NCBI GenBank assembly: GCA_045837725.1
Contig: JBEWZL010000202.1
Span: 248,001-312,000 of the forward strand
DNA: 64,000 bases
Reading direction: 5' to 3'
Origin: Vermamoeba vermiformis
Lineage: Eukaryota
The position numbers were made by a program, and so were the translations under genes. Below the pieces are notes generated by a model, which did no database searches, was not told the DNA's origin, and saw nothing but the letters and a program-made list of their open reading frames with translations. This document shows, piece by piece, positions 24,314-37,748 of the stretch (within the stretch, counting starts at the first letter, position 1; each line of letters opens with the position of its first letter).

Positions 24314-26586
24314 TCAATACCGAGTCTTCTCAATAATTTGTTGTTCTAATCTCTCATACCGCGGTAACATCTGTTTGTAGATTTCGTGGGCTGTGGGATT
24401 CGGATCCGTCGCTTTGTGGTACCCCGAAGATTGATCGATCACACTAGTAAATGGTACGAACCTAATTATACCACGTTAATAATTAGCTTTAAATTAAACA
24501 GTCACGCATACTTATTTTCTTTTTCACATCTCCATCCGTGCAACGCTCTATAAGCTGCGCCTAAACTGGCACTATTGGCCTGATCCTAAATATTTCCAAA
24601 TTAGGAAATAGTTATATTTAACAAATGGACGTACTCCAACGAACACTGGCACGCCAAACACGTCGCTAATAACTTGCAAAATGTGTTTGTTCTGCGAGGC
24701 ACCACCCGTGCAAATGATTCTGTTCGCGACCTTCAAGCCAAGTTTCTCACAATGTAATAGCATCGACAAGAACTGGCTCTCGACTACAGCGCGAGGGTAA
24801 TATTCGTGACTAGGGAACTGTTCGATTTGCTTGTCATGGGCATCGAAATAATGACGACCAGCCTTCACTCGAGGCGTGATTTCAGCGTCCTAAAAAAACA
24901 TTAGAAATTATCTTTTTAACTTATTTGTCCTTGTAATTATGAGTAGACGGCACTGGTAATAATATAATATAGCTTTAAATACCTGGAAATAAAATCCAAT
25001 GTGTCCGTTGTTGCCGGCAGGAGTGTGTTGAAGAATCTCGTTGAACTTGGTCCACGAGCTTTCTGCAGCGAAATTTCGAACGGCTTCACGTGTCAATGAT
25101 CCGTTCTTATAACAAATAAGTGCCATAAAGCTATCAGGGTCAATCGGGTTACAAAAAATGTGTCCTTCTTCGCCGGATGGCTTTGGATCACTTGACGTTC
25201 CGAACAATGTATCGCTCGTGCCCAATGAGATCGCCAAATCTCCCTATAATAAATCAATTAATCCTTATGTACTAGTTAATGTTTCAAAGTGGAATAAGGT
25301 GAAAAATTTGGATCTGGATGTACTTACCACTGCGAGTTTCAATGCAGCCAATGAACACGGGTTGTCTCCGCTGCAAGTAATAACAGAACAATCCTTGTTG
25401 AACTTGTATTTGTTCACAAAATACGACGAGACCTTGCCTGCCACAGAGTGTGCAAGTTTGATCTGTTGAAACGATCGTTAGTCAAAACTTCTATACAAGG
25501 AAATAGTAATATAATAATATTATGGGACGTTACCTCGCCTAATTTAGTCTTCAGGTCTTCGCCGATTGTATCTAAGATCTTAGGCACCCAATCCTTCGTG
25601 TGCAAGTCCATCACGTTCATGCCAGATCCGTCAGCAGGGTCAATAGGTGCGTAGTCGCCAATAAAGATCGAGCACAAGAACGAGCTCACTAATGATATTC
25701 GTTCAGTTTCGTTGTAAGCGGCTTCTTGCGTAGCTCGGATCTGCAACGGTTAGATCTCGATCAGATCAAAATTTTGACTTGTGCTTACCTTAGCGATTTG
25801 CTGGCCAGTAAAACGTTCGTAGCACCTTGAACCAGTGATGTGAGCAACGTTCTCAGGGCCGCCCATCACGTGCTCGATCTTCTGACAGTACTCGCTGGTC
25901 GAGCTGTCCATCCAGATCGGGCTTTGTTGCACGCTCAACAAATTGTGTTCTTTGAACTGCTCTAACAAAGACTTGTTTGCGTCGAGTCCTTGAAGGTGTT
26001 GACGTGCTCCTTTGCGCCAGTACACGCTGCCATGTTGTTGGCCTGAACCCGAAGCAGCAGCAATCTAACAATAGAACTATTAGTTTACAGGCACCAAGCT
26101 ATAAGAAAACTCGCATTGCGTAATAATATATTATATTTGTATGGTAAATATATATTCTGTATATTATTAAGAAAGGTTACCTTATCGAAGGGCAAGTTCG
26201 TTTTTGCAAGACGATCCAACAGTAAGTCAAGAGCTTCAACCCACATCAAAGTTGGTGAGGTCACGGATAGTCCATCAGCACCACGAATAGCACCGCCTGC
26301 ACAATGTAACTTGGTTATTGGAAGGTCTCCAAATCACATTTGGTAATAATTTTTATTTCGGTTACTATCGCACGAATAGCAAGAACAGCCGCTTAAATAA
26401 ACAATAGCTCGTGTAACATAATTTTTAAAAATATTGTAGATAATTACCTTGAGTCCTGTAATGAGGAAGATCCGCTTCGAAATTAACTAACGTCTCTTGA
26501 ATAACCTTTGCATTAACATCAATAACAGTGGCTTTCACGGATTGCGTGCTTAAGTCAATGCCCAAAAATAAATCTGTTGCTGCCAT
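24314..26586 (-). CDS. XYLB: Xylulose kinase (FGGY family)
   Basis: FLGIDLSTQS, SGQQHGSVYW, SPIWMDSST, ITGSRCYERFTG, TERISLVSSF, DGSGMN, GDNPCS, ISLGTSDT, CYKNGSLTRE, TGGASQN. Confidence 0.95.
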
Positions 26587-26658
26587 TTCGTTTTGTGGTT
26601 CAGAAAAGTATCAAAATTTTCGATCTACATTTTTAAGCAAATAATCCAACGAAACACC

Positions 26659-27617
26659 ATGGATAATGTATTTATAGAAAAATGGAATTTAATTACTGCG
26701 GGATTTAACCTTCCGCAGGAGCTTGGTAGTAAATGGTTGAAGATCAGTAAGTCACGGTCTTTAATTTCCCTTGCAATATTTTAAATTACTTTCTCTACGT
26801 AATATTTCAATAAAATTATGGACAAATATATGCGCCGCATATTTTTCCGAATTTAATTTAATTTTCTAGTTTGGGATCATTACGACGAGCCTTGGCGCTA
26901 TTACCACACGACGAATCACATTAAAGAACTCTTCAAATATTGCGATAAATATAGCACCAACCTAAATAATACGCTAGTCGTCGCTCTAACGATATTTTTC
27001 CACGAGTAAGTTTTCAGTACGTCAAATTCCAGTTCTAACATTTGTAGCGTTATTTACGAGCCTAAAAAGAGCGATAATGAAGAAAAAAGCGTTGAATTAT
27101 TCCGAGAATTCGGTCGAGAAGCGAAATTGGTATTAATCAATCATTTTCTTATTGATAACTTTCCATACTAACGTTGAATTTCAGAATGAAGAAATTATAC
27201 AAAAAGTCAGCACCTATATTATGAATACTAAGTCTCATAGTACCATGTTAAGCAGTGATTCAGATTTGCAATACTTTTTAGGTGCGATTAATATTTAAGC
27301 ACCCTTTTTCCAGATCTAATTTTTGCTACAGATTTCGACTTGAGCATCCTTGGACAACCCACGGAAGGTATATTAAGCTCAATAACTAACTTAATATTGA
27401 TTTTAACGACTTTGTAGTCTATGACCAGTACGCAGAACACATGCGCAAAGAATACATTCACGTGCCCGATGATTTGTTCAAGCAAGGCCGAACAGCGATA
27501 TTAATCAAATTATCCGAAAAAGGAAATATTTATAAGACGGAAGAATTCAAGAAACTGTACGAAGACCAAGCAAAATTGAATATGAAAAACGAGATCGCAA
27601 AATTAGCTTCATCGTGA
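26659..27617 (+). CDS. HD-superfamily metal-dependent phosphohydrolase (COG4339-like)
   Basis: YDEPWRYYHT, IFFHD|VIYEPKKSDNEEKS, FLDFDLSILG, YAEHMRKEY, QGRTAIL; six exons. Confidence 0.9.
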
Positions 27618-27627
27618 ATAACAATAT

Positions 27628-29622
27628 CTAATTAAGATATCTATATTGTTGACTATTGTTCGTTTTATTTTAATTTTAATCGACTTGAATCAATGTGCTC
27701 TTGAATAGCATACCGCAGAAAATCTTTCTTTGGATGTAAATAATAAAACGTCAATAAAAAACGCTTTGACGCATTTTCTTCTGCTTGTACTTTCGTCGCC
27801 GCAAACGCTATAAATAAAAAAAAACGTTATTAAACGAAAATAATTCAAAAACTAACGGATCCACGAGAACCTACCTTTCGCAAAAAATTTCTTTGATACG
27901 ACTGTAATAAATGCTCGCCAGCCATTCGGTTCTTCTTTGTATCTATATTGTAATAGTAATTAGTATAATTGCCTTATAAACCTTTATATGCGTGACGTAC
28001 GTAAAGTTTGGCTTGACATTTAATGCCTCGAGCATGTCAATTAAACTCGCTTTGTAGCTCTCTAATGTCACGGATAAATGAATGTACGGCATAATTTCTC
28101 TATTTTGTGAGTTCAGCAGGTAGAACGGCTCTTCGCTTGTCTAAAAAAATCAAAAAATAAAGGTCAAATGAGTTTTGTTCGAACTTAAAATTGCTTGTAA
28201 TAACAAATCAAGGTCAAATAAAATAAATAAATAAGACTTTAAATTAAATCATTAACGGTAATATGTTAACATACCACTGAGGTTCGCCGCCATAGAATGC
28301 ACTTTAAAACAAAATTTCTCGCCACTTGCTCTCCCTGTAGAAAATTATTAGAAGCTAATTATACGCTTATTTAAGTTACTTACGCATTGTTTATCTATTA
28401 TAGCAAGTAATTGTATTATTGACTTGCTTAGTATTCGTTGTTTGAATGGTAAAACGTTCTGTACGGTAGATCCGGTGTCTTGAATGGTAATCAACTTATG
28501 TAGTCCAATATTAATAGCTCTATTATACAAATGCAACTGCGACGAAAACTTCATGACGCAGTACGCTATTGAACTTTGTGGTAGATTTGGGTACAGATCC
28601 GCTAACGCTTCTGATGCGTATTTTTTAAAACAAGCTTCGCCTATGGTTCCGAAATAATATTATATTTCTATTTGCTAATTTAATTAATTAATATTATGAC
28701 TTACCATCGCGATAATATTCGAGGCCAAGACCAGAAGTCCAAGCTAGGTATTTGCCTGACTGTTTAATCGTAGGCCTCAACGTCATTAATTTTTGTACGA
28801 GCTCTGCATCTAGAGTATCCAAGCCAAGCGATTTTAAGTGATTTGTAATGTCTTCAATCGAACCTACAAAAAAATTGTAATTATTAGTCTGAGGCTCGAT
28901 AATAATAATCTTATAGATGTGCCTATGAAATGTCATTTGATTCAATAGCGGAGTTAGAGTAAACAAAATGAATTCAGTTGAAGAAATTTCCTCCTAACTC
29001 CGAAGATCTGTAGGATCGACAATTGAAAGCAATCTCGATTTATGAGCACGCTACATTATATGAATAAATACTTACTTAATGAGCAATATTCTTCAGGTTT
29101 ATCTGTATTATCGAATTGTCTATCAATGTCCTCCGGAGTTAATTTTCTTTTTGCAACGTGTAACGCTTCTTTCTCAATATCTTTAACGTCTTGAAGTCCG
29201 TCTATTATTGGTGTATTTGGTTTTTCCATTGGTGATAATTTTTGTTTCGCTTAAAAATGACACGTTAATGTTGGGTGATGGATCGAGATCGTCTCTCAAA
29301 AAAATTAAATTAATCTAATTATTAACCAATAATTATTTAACCACTATTTTATACTAATAAAAGGCACATTAAACATGCTAGGATTTATTGGTGAATTTAA
29401 CGAATTTGATCGGGAAAAATGACGTCACGTTTAATCGCATGATAACCTACCTTGTCTATATAACATATCCATAATAATGCCTTTTTTTTGCTCGAGCTTC
29501 TGTACAGGTTTTGATAAAACCAGCTTTGGTTTCGGTGGAGAGGGAGGAGCATCTGATGAATAATGCCGCCGTAGGCACGCACGACATCGTTGCCTCAATG
29601 AACGAACCGCTATTGATAGCAT
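27628..29622 (-). CDS. MRPL44: Mitochondrial degenerate RNase III + dsRBD protein, probable mitoribosomal mL44
   Basis: Presequence MLSIAVRSLRQRCRACLRRHYSS; RNase III-like GEACFKKYASEALADLYPNLP lacking the ExLGD signature; dsRBD-like YKASLIDML...AATKVQAEENAS. The 3' end is 27628 if a last intron is spliced, 27609 if not. Confidence 0.6.
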
Positions 29623-29997
29623 TTGTGTTACAAATATGGATGCGAAGCAGGTAAGGACAAAATTCTAATCCTATCTTTTTTTCGTAACGAAATTTAATTC
29701 TAAAGAACTAGAATGAATGTTCGAGTAGCGCTACCTGTCTACTGGGCGAATTATTATATAATTAAGCTATCTTAAGTGGAACGAGCAGATGTGAACTATC
29801 CGGGGAGATTTCAGATCGTGTTGCGACCAATTCCCGGTCCAGTTTTCAAAATTGCGTGTTTGCTAATTGAGCACAGAATATTCGTCGTTTGTTTGAATAG
29901 AAGATAATTTATCTTGATACTTCACTTTTGTTGTGGTAATAACAAGCCACAAAACGGTTTTTTGATCGCGATCTTGATCTTGGCCCAATTTTCTTTT

Positions 29998-31318
29998 ATG
30001 GCTGATAATAATACAAACAAACCGTCTCAAATTCGGCCAGTAGCCGCTCCACCGCAAGCTGCTCCAAAGAAGGCCGCACAGCCTTCTCCAGCGAAAGTCG
30101 CACCAACGCCTGCTACTAAGCAAGCAGCCAATCCTCCTAAAGCTGCCCCTAAAAAATCTACCAATCAGAGCCCCGCAACCTCTGCAGGTGCCCCGAAAAA
30201 GTAAGCGCATCTAATATTAAAAATTAATTAAAATTGGTTTTTATCATTAATTCACTTTTATAACCATAATGCCACTGAAGCAAACCATAACAAATACTAA
30301 TAATTAATAACAATAATAATAAGGCGCATGGCTGACTGATTAACAAAGGCAAGCAGCGCAACCGAAAGTCCCTGCGCCGGCAAAGAAAGAGGATAAATCA
30401 TGCTGCGGACGTTGGAATAGACTTAGTGGCTGTGGAAAGTTTGGCTTGCTTTGGTATTTATTTTGGTTATCGCCATTTATTTTAGAAGGATCCATCTGGC
30501 TCATTGCTATTGGCGTGCTGATACCGATTGGCTTTGGATTCGGATTAATCAAACATAAGCTGCCTATACTATGGTTTATTATCGTAGTGATTGTTAATAT
30601 CGGAGGTTTAGCGGATTTGACAGCCGACATTTGGCTTTTGTTACGAACACTACTGTACTATATGACAAACTACAAAGTCAATCCGTTTGGCGAAATGACT
30701 CATGAAGAGAGCTCACTCTTCTTCATGCGATTGATTGCAACACTCGTGACTGGCGTTCCAAGCGTGATCTTCTTGTTTTTCATGAAGTCGGATGCGTGGG
30801 CTGCTTTTACTGGCGAGAAGAAAGCCAACGTAGCGCAATCAAGTGCAAATGGCGCAGTAGCAATCGTTCTCATGATTATTTGGAAGTTAGCAATGATTTT
30901 TGCTCGCGTTACGATTATTTGGCAGATCTTCAAGAGTCTGATCAAGCACAAGAAAATCACAGAGGAGACGGAGAAAAACACAAAATTCTGGGAAATAGCA
31001 GCTACATTAGAAGTACTATGGTCAGCTATTCCGTTAGGAATTTTAACAGCCTTTGAAGCATTTTATTTCGAAGACCTCTCGCACGTGACACCTACGAAGG
31101 TCTGGGAGCTCATTAAATTAGGAGCTCTTGCTATAGACTTGATAGGTGTCTCATATTTCTGCTATTTTGAGCTATTTGGACTCAACAAAACCGTTCACAA
31201 GTGTCTGGGTGAGCACAAGCATCATGATGCAGCGATCAATCAATCCTCAGACGAAAAATCACCTTTAATCGTCGAGAGCAGTAGCAATGTATTAGCACCT
31301 AGTGATTCAAATGTATAA
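29998..31318 (+). CDS. Multi-pass membrane protein with P/A/K-rich N-terminus, possibly XK-related
   Basis: Two exons; LADLTADIWLL and LEVLWSAIPLGIL loosely resemble the XK-family DxxxD and ExxxExxPQ helices. Confidence 0.6.
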
Positions 31319-31570
31319 TTAAAGCATAGAAACGAATAAAACAAACTCTAAAGATCAGATTTGTCATTTTTCTGCAGACTTGCGGCCTTAAGCCTCACTT
31401 ATAAGTGCACTTTATATCATTTAATCATCGAAATAGGATTTTGTACAATGTTCGCTCGGGTAATCACGTTTCTGTGAATGGTTTGTATTTGAAAACAGAA
31501 GCAGCTGATTAAATTGATTTTGCAAACGATTGAATAGCACAATATGACCTAACTATAATATTATACTACT

Positions 31571-34500
31571 ATGTCATCGACGCAAACAGCAATTACTATT
31601 GCAGCTTCCACGTCGATAGCAACAGCGCTGCTGATCTACCTGCTACTTCGTCCAAAGAGGAATGATGTCATCGGACCGGAATCAGATCTAAGAAGGTCTG
31701 ACGATGGAAGAAAAATTCAAGAGGATTCACTTAATCGGCGGAGAGCAGCTGTGCTAGGTATAAAATTATTTTTTCAGATTAGATTTCGAATCTGCTTCGA
31801 ACTAAACGCGCCTTATTCGCACAATATTTTGAAATTTATTGCACACGAAATATTATAGCATTTATTCTGCGTTTTAATTATTATTCTTTCATTTTGAATT
31901 TTTGCGGGCGCTGACGTTGCTTCAAATTTACATAAATAATAATTCATTTAATAGCAAAACCTCTTCCTGAATTGGAACACAAGAGAGCTGAAGAATCTGA
32001 TGACCAAGAGGAAAATATTTATGCGGATGTACCTCGCGATCACAAAAAAGAAGCAGGCCACGCGACTGACAATACAAGTGGCGCTGCAAAATATTCTTCG
32101 AAAAATTTAAGGGTAATTATTCGCTTAGCACAGCTTTTATCGCACTAACCGAAAATATTGCGGATCTTTTTTGAAAACTCCGCGAGCTGCTTTTAATAAC
32201 AATATAATATTTAGTATTATCAACAATCCTATGATACCGATGGAATTGTATTTAAAGAACCCGTGATCCCGAAGAATATTTATCGAGGCTATTCGTCTCA
32301 TTTCCCTGACAGGTAAGTCTTTATTATTTAATTCGGATAAATTCAATTCAATTTGCGCGACCTTCCTTACGTAAACAACATTACTATTTTAAGCGATTTT
32401 CGGAAAGAATATCATTTTAATTGAAAATTTCTTATTTTCGGACCGATTGTAAATTCTCATCGAAATTCTAATACTATTAAACTTATATATAACCATATTG
32501 CTTACGTTATTTTTGCATTTGCAGTACGAGCGATCAAGCAGTATTTCCTAATAATGAAGTCAATGTCAAACGACTCGGCGATTGGAACAAAAGATTTCAA
32601 AGCTGCATCAAAAAATTGAACACATTTACGCTATTAACACCGCTGCAAGAACGATTGGCCGTGAATTTAGATCTCATGCACTTGGCACAAGATTTTATTT
32701 ACGCTGCGACTACCTACGGAAAGATCATTATTTCCGAGTATTATTTGCCGCGTGCCAAGAAAACTATTAAACCTTGTTCAGAGCTCCCCGGCGTAAGTCT
32801 AAAAATAGTACTATTAATTGTATATATATTAACCTATTGTAGCTCATGGGCGGTCAAAAGTTCATCGTGCACAACATTTTGTTCAAGTTTGCAGTCGATT
32901 ACAACGGCTTATTTGGCAATGATTACGCGGCAGCAAAAGCAGCTGGAAATGAACTACGAGGATTGATCAGTTATTTTAACACGGGCATTTCTGACCTCAA
33001 CGTGCCTTTGATGGCCCTGGTCGATTACCGCGGCTTCCGGTTGATTGCTATGTCAATTTTACCCGTGGGAGAAGAGACTATTATCTACGGCAGCTGGTAT
33101 GTTATCATTCATATCGATATAGGCCATATACTTATTATGTAATATAGTGACGCTGGTCGAAACATTCATGCCAACAATGAAGAGTTCAACGAGTTGATGA
33201 AATTAGCAGCCAAAAAATTGAACTTAAAACCGCACAGATGTCGCGTGGCATTGCGTAAGAACAAGCCGAAGACACGAATGGACTCGAGGACACATATCAG
33301 AGGAGCTTCGTCTGACTCACGACACGGCTCTGGAGATTTCCGATTCGGTTCATCTCCCGCGCGAGATACAAGCTCTAATACCTCGCCGTTGCCAAGCCCA
33401 AAGGGAAATTACACTAATGCTAATGGCTCGGAAAAATATAACGACAATGCATTGACGAGCAGTCAAAGTTCATCTGACGCAGATGTCTACGAGACACCAA
33501 TGTTGGCTCGCAGTTACTCTTCTGAAGACGAGTTTGACGAGGGCACGGATTTTTTGTACTCGCCTGCTGATTTGGAAGGGCACAAAGGCCGCGTAAGTCA
33601 CGTGCTCGAAATTACTTTGCGTAACTCTAACACTGACCAATGACAGGACGGCAAATTCTACTTGTTGGACTTCAGTCGTGTGTTGCCTCCCGAGACTCCT
33701 AATCCTCAGTAAGTCATTGAAAAATATTCTTATTTCACCGTGAGTGGATGCTGATCCGTTTTCACATCAGTTTCAAGAACAGTCATCTTTCAAGGTTGCT
33801 TCGTCCCGAATTTGTACAAACTTACCCGAAGCCACTTTGTCCCGATGCTTTTAGCGGTTTCATGAAAGGTATGAAGGTCAAACTTTTTTCAACCATTTTT
33901 TTAACTTTTTTATTTGCAGAGGATGGTGAGGAAAATCTTCACAATTCAGAGCTGAAAGAAGCCACCAATCACTTGATCAATGTGCTTGTGCCTAAATTTG
34001 CTAAAGCAGACTTGGTCAAGTTGATGGCCGATGCACGTGAACAAGGCCGTTTGACGGAGTTCAGATTGACCGAGACTATTCACAGCGTTGGTATTAACTG
34101 CAGATACATCGGCTTGTTGCGAAAGAACACCGAAGACCCTGAGTTCAAGCGCATAATGTTGATTGAAATGTTGGCACGTGTCATCAAGAACAATTTGCGC
34201 TTCAAACTACGCGAGAAAATGAAAATTTTGCGATTGCCTCTGGAAGAGCCCTACAGGTACATTATTATTACCCATAACATATCCCATATTAATTTTTTAT
34301 ATAGACGATTGGTTATCGACTATTTCAACCTTGTCTTTGGTAACACGAAAAATTCTGACAGCTACTGGGACGACTTTTTGAAGAAAGATTTGTTGATCAA
34401 TTTTCCGGCGTCCCTTCACACCGCAGAAGCTACAAAAGATCATCACTTAAAGCCACGTGTCACTGAGCTTAAAGTCAGCACTGTCGTCGATCAAAAGTTC

Positions 34501-35335
34501 ATGAACTGTTTGTTCGAAAAAGTGCGCAAGATGATGGCACTGGCCTTTACGAACAGACAATACAACTTTAACTTGGAACAACCGTTTGATGATACAGACC
34601 TTGATACTATAGGCGAGCGCGTGAAGCATATGAATATCATGGCGCACGCACAAGGCTTTTTCTATCACATGAAAGGTCTTATCAACCGCGTCGATGACCC
34701 GTTGAACGCGCAAAAGTTTTACGAAACGGCTATTGGCAAGTTCGAGGAGGCGTTGGATGCTAACCCTAACAACAAAGAGGTACAGTATTAATTATATAGT
34801 AAGTTATACTGACCGTTGACTAACCGATGGATCTGACAGATCTTGTTGAGCATTGCGTTGACTTGGATGCTTTGTATTGAAGAAGAGATGAAGCTTAAAC
34901 CTACTCATAATGAACGAGAAAAAGTACTTTTTACACGCACAGACCCTCGTGTCAGAAAGGCTGAAGAATATTCTTTGCGGGCTATTGCAGCTGAACCCAA
35001 ATATGGTAAGTGATTTCAGTACGACCAACGAAAAATTTATATTTCATTCATCAAGATAATGTATCTCGTATGACATTACGACTGACCCATAATAATTTTT
35101 AGACTCGTTCTCGTTGTTCAGATACGCACAATTTTTGGAAAAGTGTGGCGATCTGGAAACAGCGGAAGATTATTACTTGATGGCACTTGAAGCGGATCCA
35201 AACAATGCAGGTTGCTTGCATTGTTATGGTAATTTCTTGTCTGAAAGAGGCTTGGAAGAAGAAGCTGAGAGCTTTTATCTGCGGTCTTCGAAGAACACGA
35301 TCGGTCAAAAGTACATGCCTGAATATTACTACTAA
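31571..35335 (+). CDS. Clu-domain protein with N-terminal TM anchor and C-terminal TPRs
   Basis: DFIYAATTYGKIIISE, GGQKFIVHNILFKFAVD, AAKAAGNELRG, LVDYRGFRLIAMS, ADLEGHKG, YLLDFSRVLPPE, LLRPEFV, HSVGINCRYIG; TPRs at the end. Confidence 0.9.
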
Positions 35336-35751
35336 GCGAGATCTGCTCTTGGAACTCACCGGGTAATTGCGAATTATAGCATCAAAATTAATGTATAAAT
35401 CTTTCAATTGTACAATTTAATATTATTTTTAAATAACACCAAGCGTTAAAATTTTCCGGATTTGACATGACGGATCTAATGAATTATTTACTTTATCAAC
35501 ATAATATATCTATCAAAACTACCATAGATTTTTATTCCGTGTTTATCGGATGATTGAAACGCTTTACTAAATTTGGAATTTCGTCCGTTTCAAAATATCA
35601 CGTGCTGAACCCTACAAAAGCGTTTAAAAATGACATTCTGCATTCTGTTAATCAGTAGTGACCACATGAGGTCACATTTATATACTTTTTATTTTTGAAG
35701 TCCGTATGAAGCCACGGATATAGCGGATCTAATTATTTTAAACAATTTTGA

Positions 35752-37098
35752 ATGGATCAACCAACAACGTTAATTATTGCAAACGATGTGCTTGGTTGGA
35801 TAGGCTTCGTATTGTCAGTGCTACTAGTATGTCTATATGCAATCGACGATAATTACCGCCGATTTCCGTGCTCGATCTACTTGTACTCTTTACTCAGCGC
35901 TGCGATCGTATCGTTTGCAATTCCACTTGGATCTGCAGTTAATCATGTCAATCTTGATGCAACTAATGGCATAGATATTACTTGTAAAGTCCAAGGTAAG
36001 CTATAAAGCCGTTCTTAAAAAATTAGTCTGACCACATCTGCTAGGCGCGATATTTAATTTCGGAATCATCTCATGGCCAGTTTGGATATTGATCGAAAGT
36101 ATTCAAGTATGCTATATCATATATGTATCGATTCGTGCTCATTCTCTGTTTAGGTATTCCGGATGTTGGTTCTCAAAACTTTCGATCAGAATCCAAGAGC
36201 GATCCACAGCGTGATGGCAATCGTTGGCTTTGGTGTACCAGCTGGAATAACGGTTTTGATAGCATGTTTAGATGCTACCGTACCAGGCACGCTTTGGTAA
36301 GCCTGGATCCTCAAACGTTTTAATTCACTGAAAATTCTTTTTCTTTGATCCGAAGCAATCTCAGCGTAAATTTAGTTGAATTTGTATATTCATGGAATAT
36401 TTTACTTAGGTGCATGCTCGATAACCGCAGCTGGGGCTTTGTTGTCCAAGAATGCTGCCTACTTGGTGCATCCGCCGTTTCAGTTGGTCTCTGCATTGCG
36501 ATCATAGTAAATCTGGTAAAAGTAAGCATTACAACAAGCTAATTAACAGAATTTCTATTCAAATTATAATTGTAACGAGAAGTTTTGAGTCAAAAGATCC
36601 GGTACAAGATCTAACCTAAGTTGATTTCAGTTGGAACATAAAGTGCACGATGAACGCAAACAAGCAAAAGAAAAAGAAGACGACAGCACTTCAACCGAAT
36701 TCAACGTCGTTTTAGCTGTCGAGCTACGTCTCGCCGTCTTCGTATTTTTGACGCTTTGTGTCCACTTGGCCTTCACAGTCTTAGGCGTATTAGCTTATGA
36801 AGATAACAAGTATGTAACATTAATTCAATTTTTTAAGCTGTTCTTAAGTAACACTCAAATTTTTAGCTTCACTAACGAAGGCAGATGGATCACGCGTTCG
36901 ATCTTCTTTCATGTTTGGATTTTCTTGCATATAATATTATACGGTGTACGACATGAGCCGTTTGGAGCTGCTAAAAAGAAGATTTTGACGATATACATTC
37001 GCTACACGGTCAAAGTGCCGCATCCAGATCCAGATGCCGATCCTGAAAAAGGCTCGCCGAAGGGTACGGCAGCGGATCCGAACAATTTAAAGCGATAG
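35752..37098 (+). CDS. Orphan GPCR-like 7TM protein
   Basis: TM1 followed by YRRFPCSIY, TCKVQG at the start of TM3, ECL2 WC split by an intron, and further TM exons. Confidence 0.7.
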
Positions 37099-37239
37099 TA
37101 ATACCGTACTATTAACCACTGTAAATATTGTATAAAGCCATCCTTGACAAGTTTTTAACCAAATCTGCAAAGATCTGTTTGTAAAAAGCGAATTTTTTTC
37201 TGCTAATTTTGCAATCCAATTCGAAACTAAGCACCACAT

Positions 37240-37604
37240 ATGAAGCGCCTATTCTCTCAGACTGTTCCGCCTCCTCCTAAACGAGATCCGCGCAAAAAAC
37301 TCAAAGTTGAGCAACCAGAAATTTGCTTCGATGAAATGGACGTGGACTCCAACGAGGAAAATTCAAATAAAACGTAATGATTACAATATTTATCAATATT
37401 TTACTGACAATGATTCATTTAGCATGATTGTTCAAGATTGTGATCGAGAAGGTACTGTCCTGCGGTTGCTTCCATTATTTGTTTTCTTTGCAATATTTAA
37501 TTGGCGTTTTATTAGATATCGAATATGATGCATTTGGTGTGCAATGGAACGAGCCTCCCAGAGGCGACAAACGAGCTCGATCCTCTAGTTCAGCTTCACT
37601 GTAA
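37240..37604 (+). CDS. Small hypothetical low-complexity protein (3 exons)
   Basis: MKRLFSQTVPPPPKRDPRKKLK...; two GT-AG introns keep the frame to SSSASL*. Confidence 0.5.
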
Positions 37605-37748
37605 AGTCAGCTTCTTCGTAAAATGCATATTATTAAAATAAATAGTCGGTAATAAACTAAAATAATACATCCAATTTTATTATTGGCTAAGGTACAAATA
37701 TTTCGAACTTTCGGGTGGGGTACCAAAAGTTGAAAACTCGGTACGTAA

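Noticed and set aside
29790-29880. Hairpin CCGGG...CCCGG and U4-like word TTGCTAATTGA
   Set aside because: Lacks the U4 kink-turn and 5' stem II sequence; lies in a divergent promoter region; too little evidence for an snRNA.
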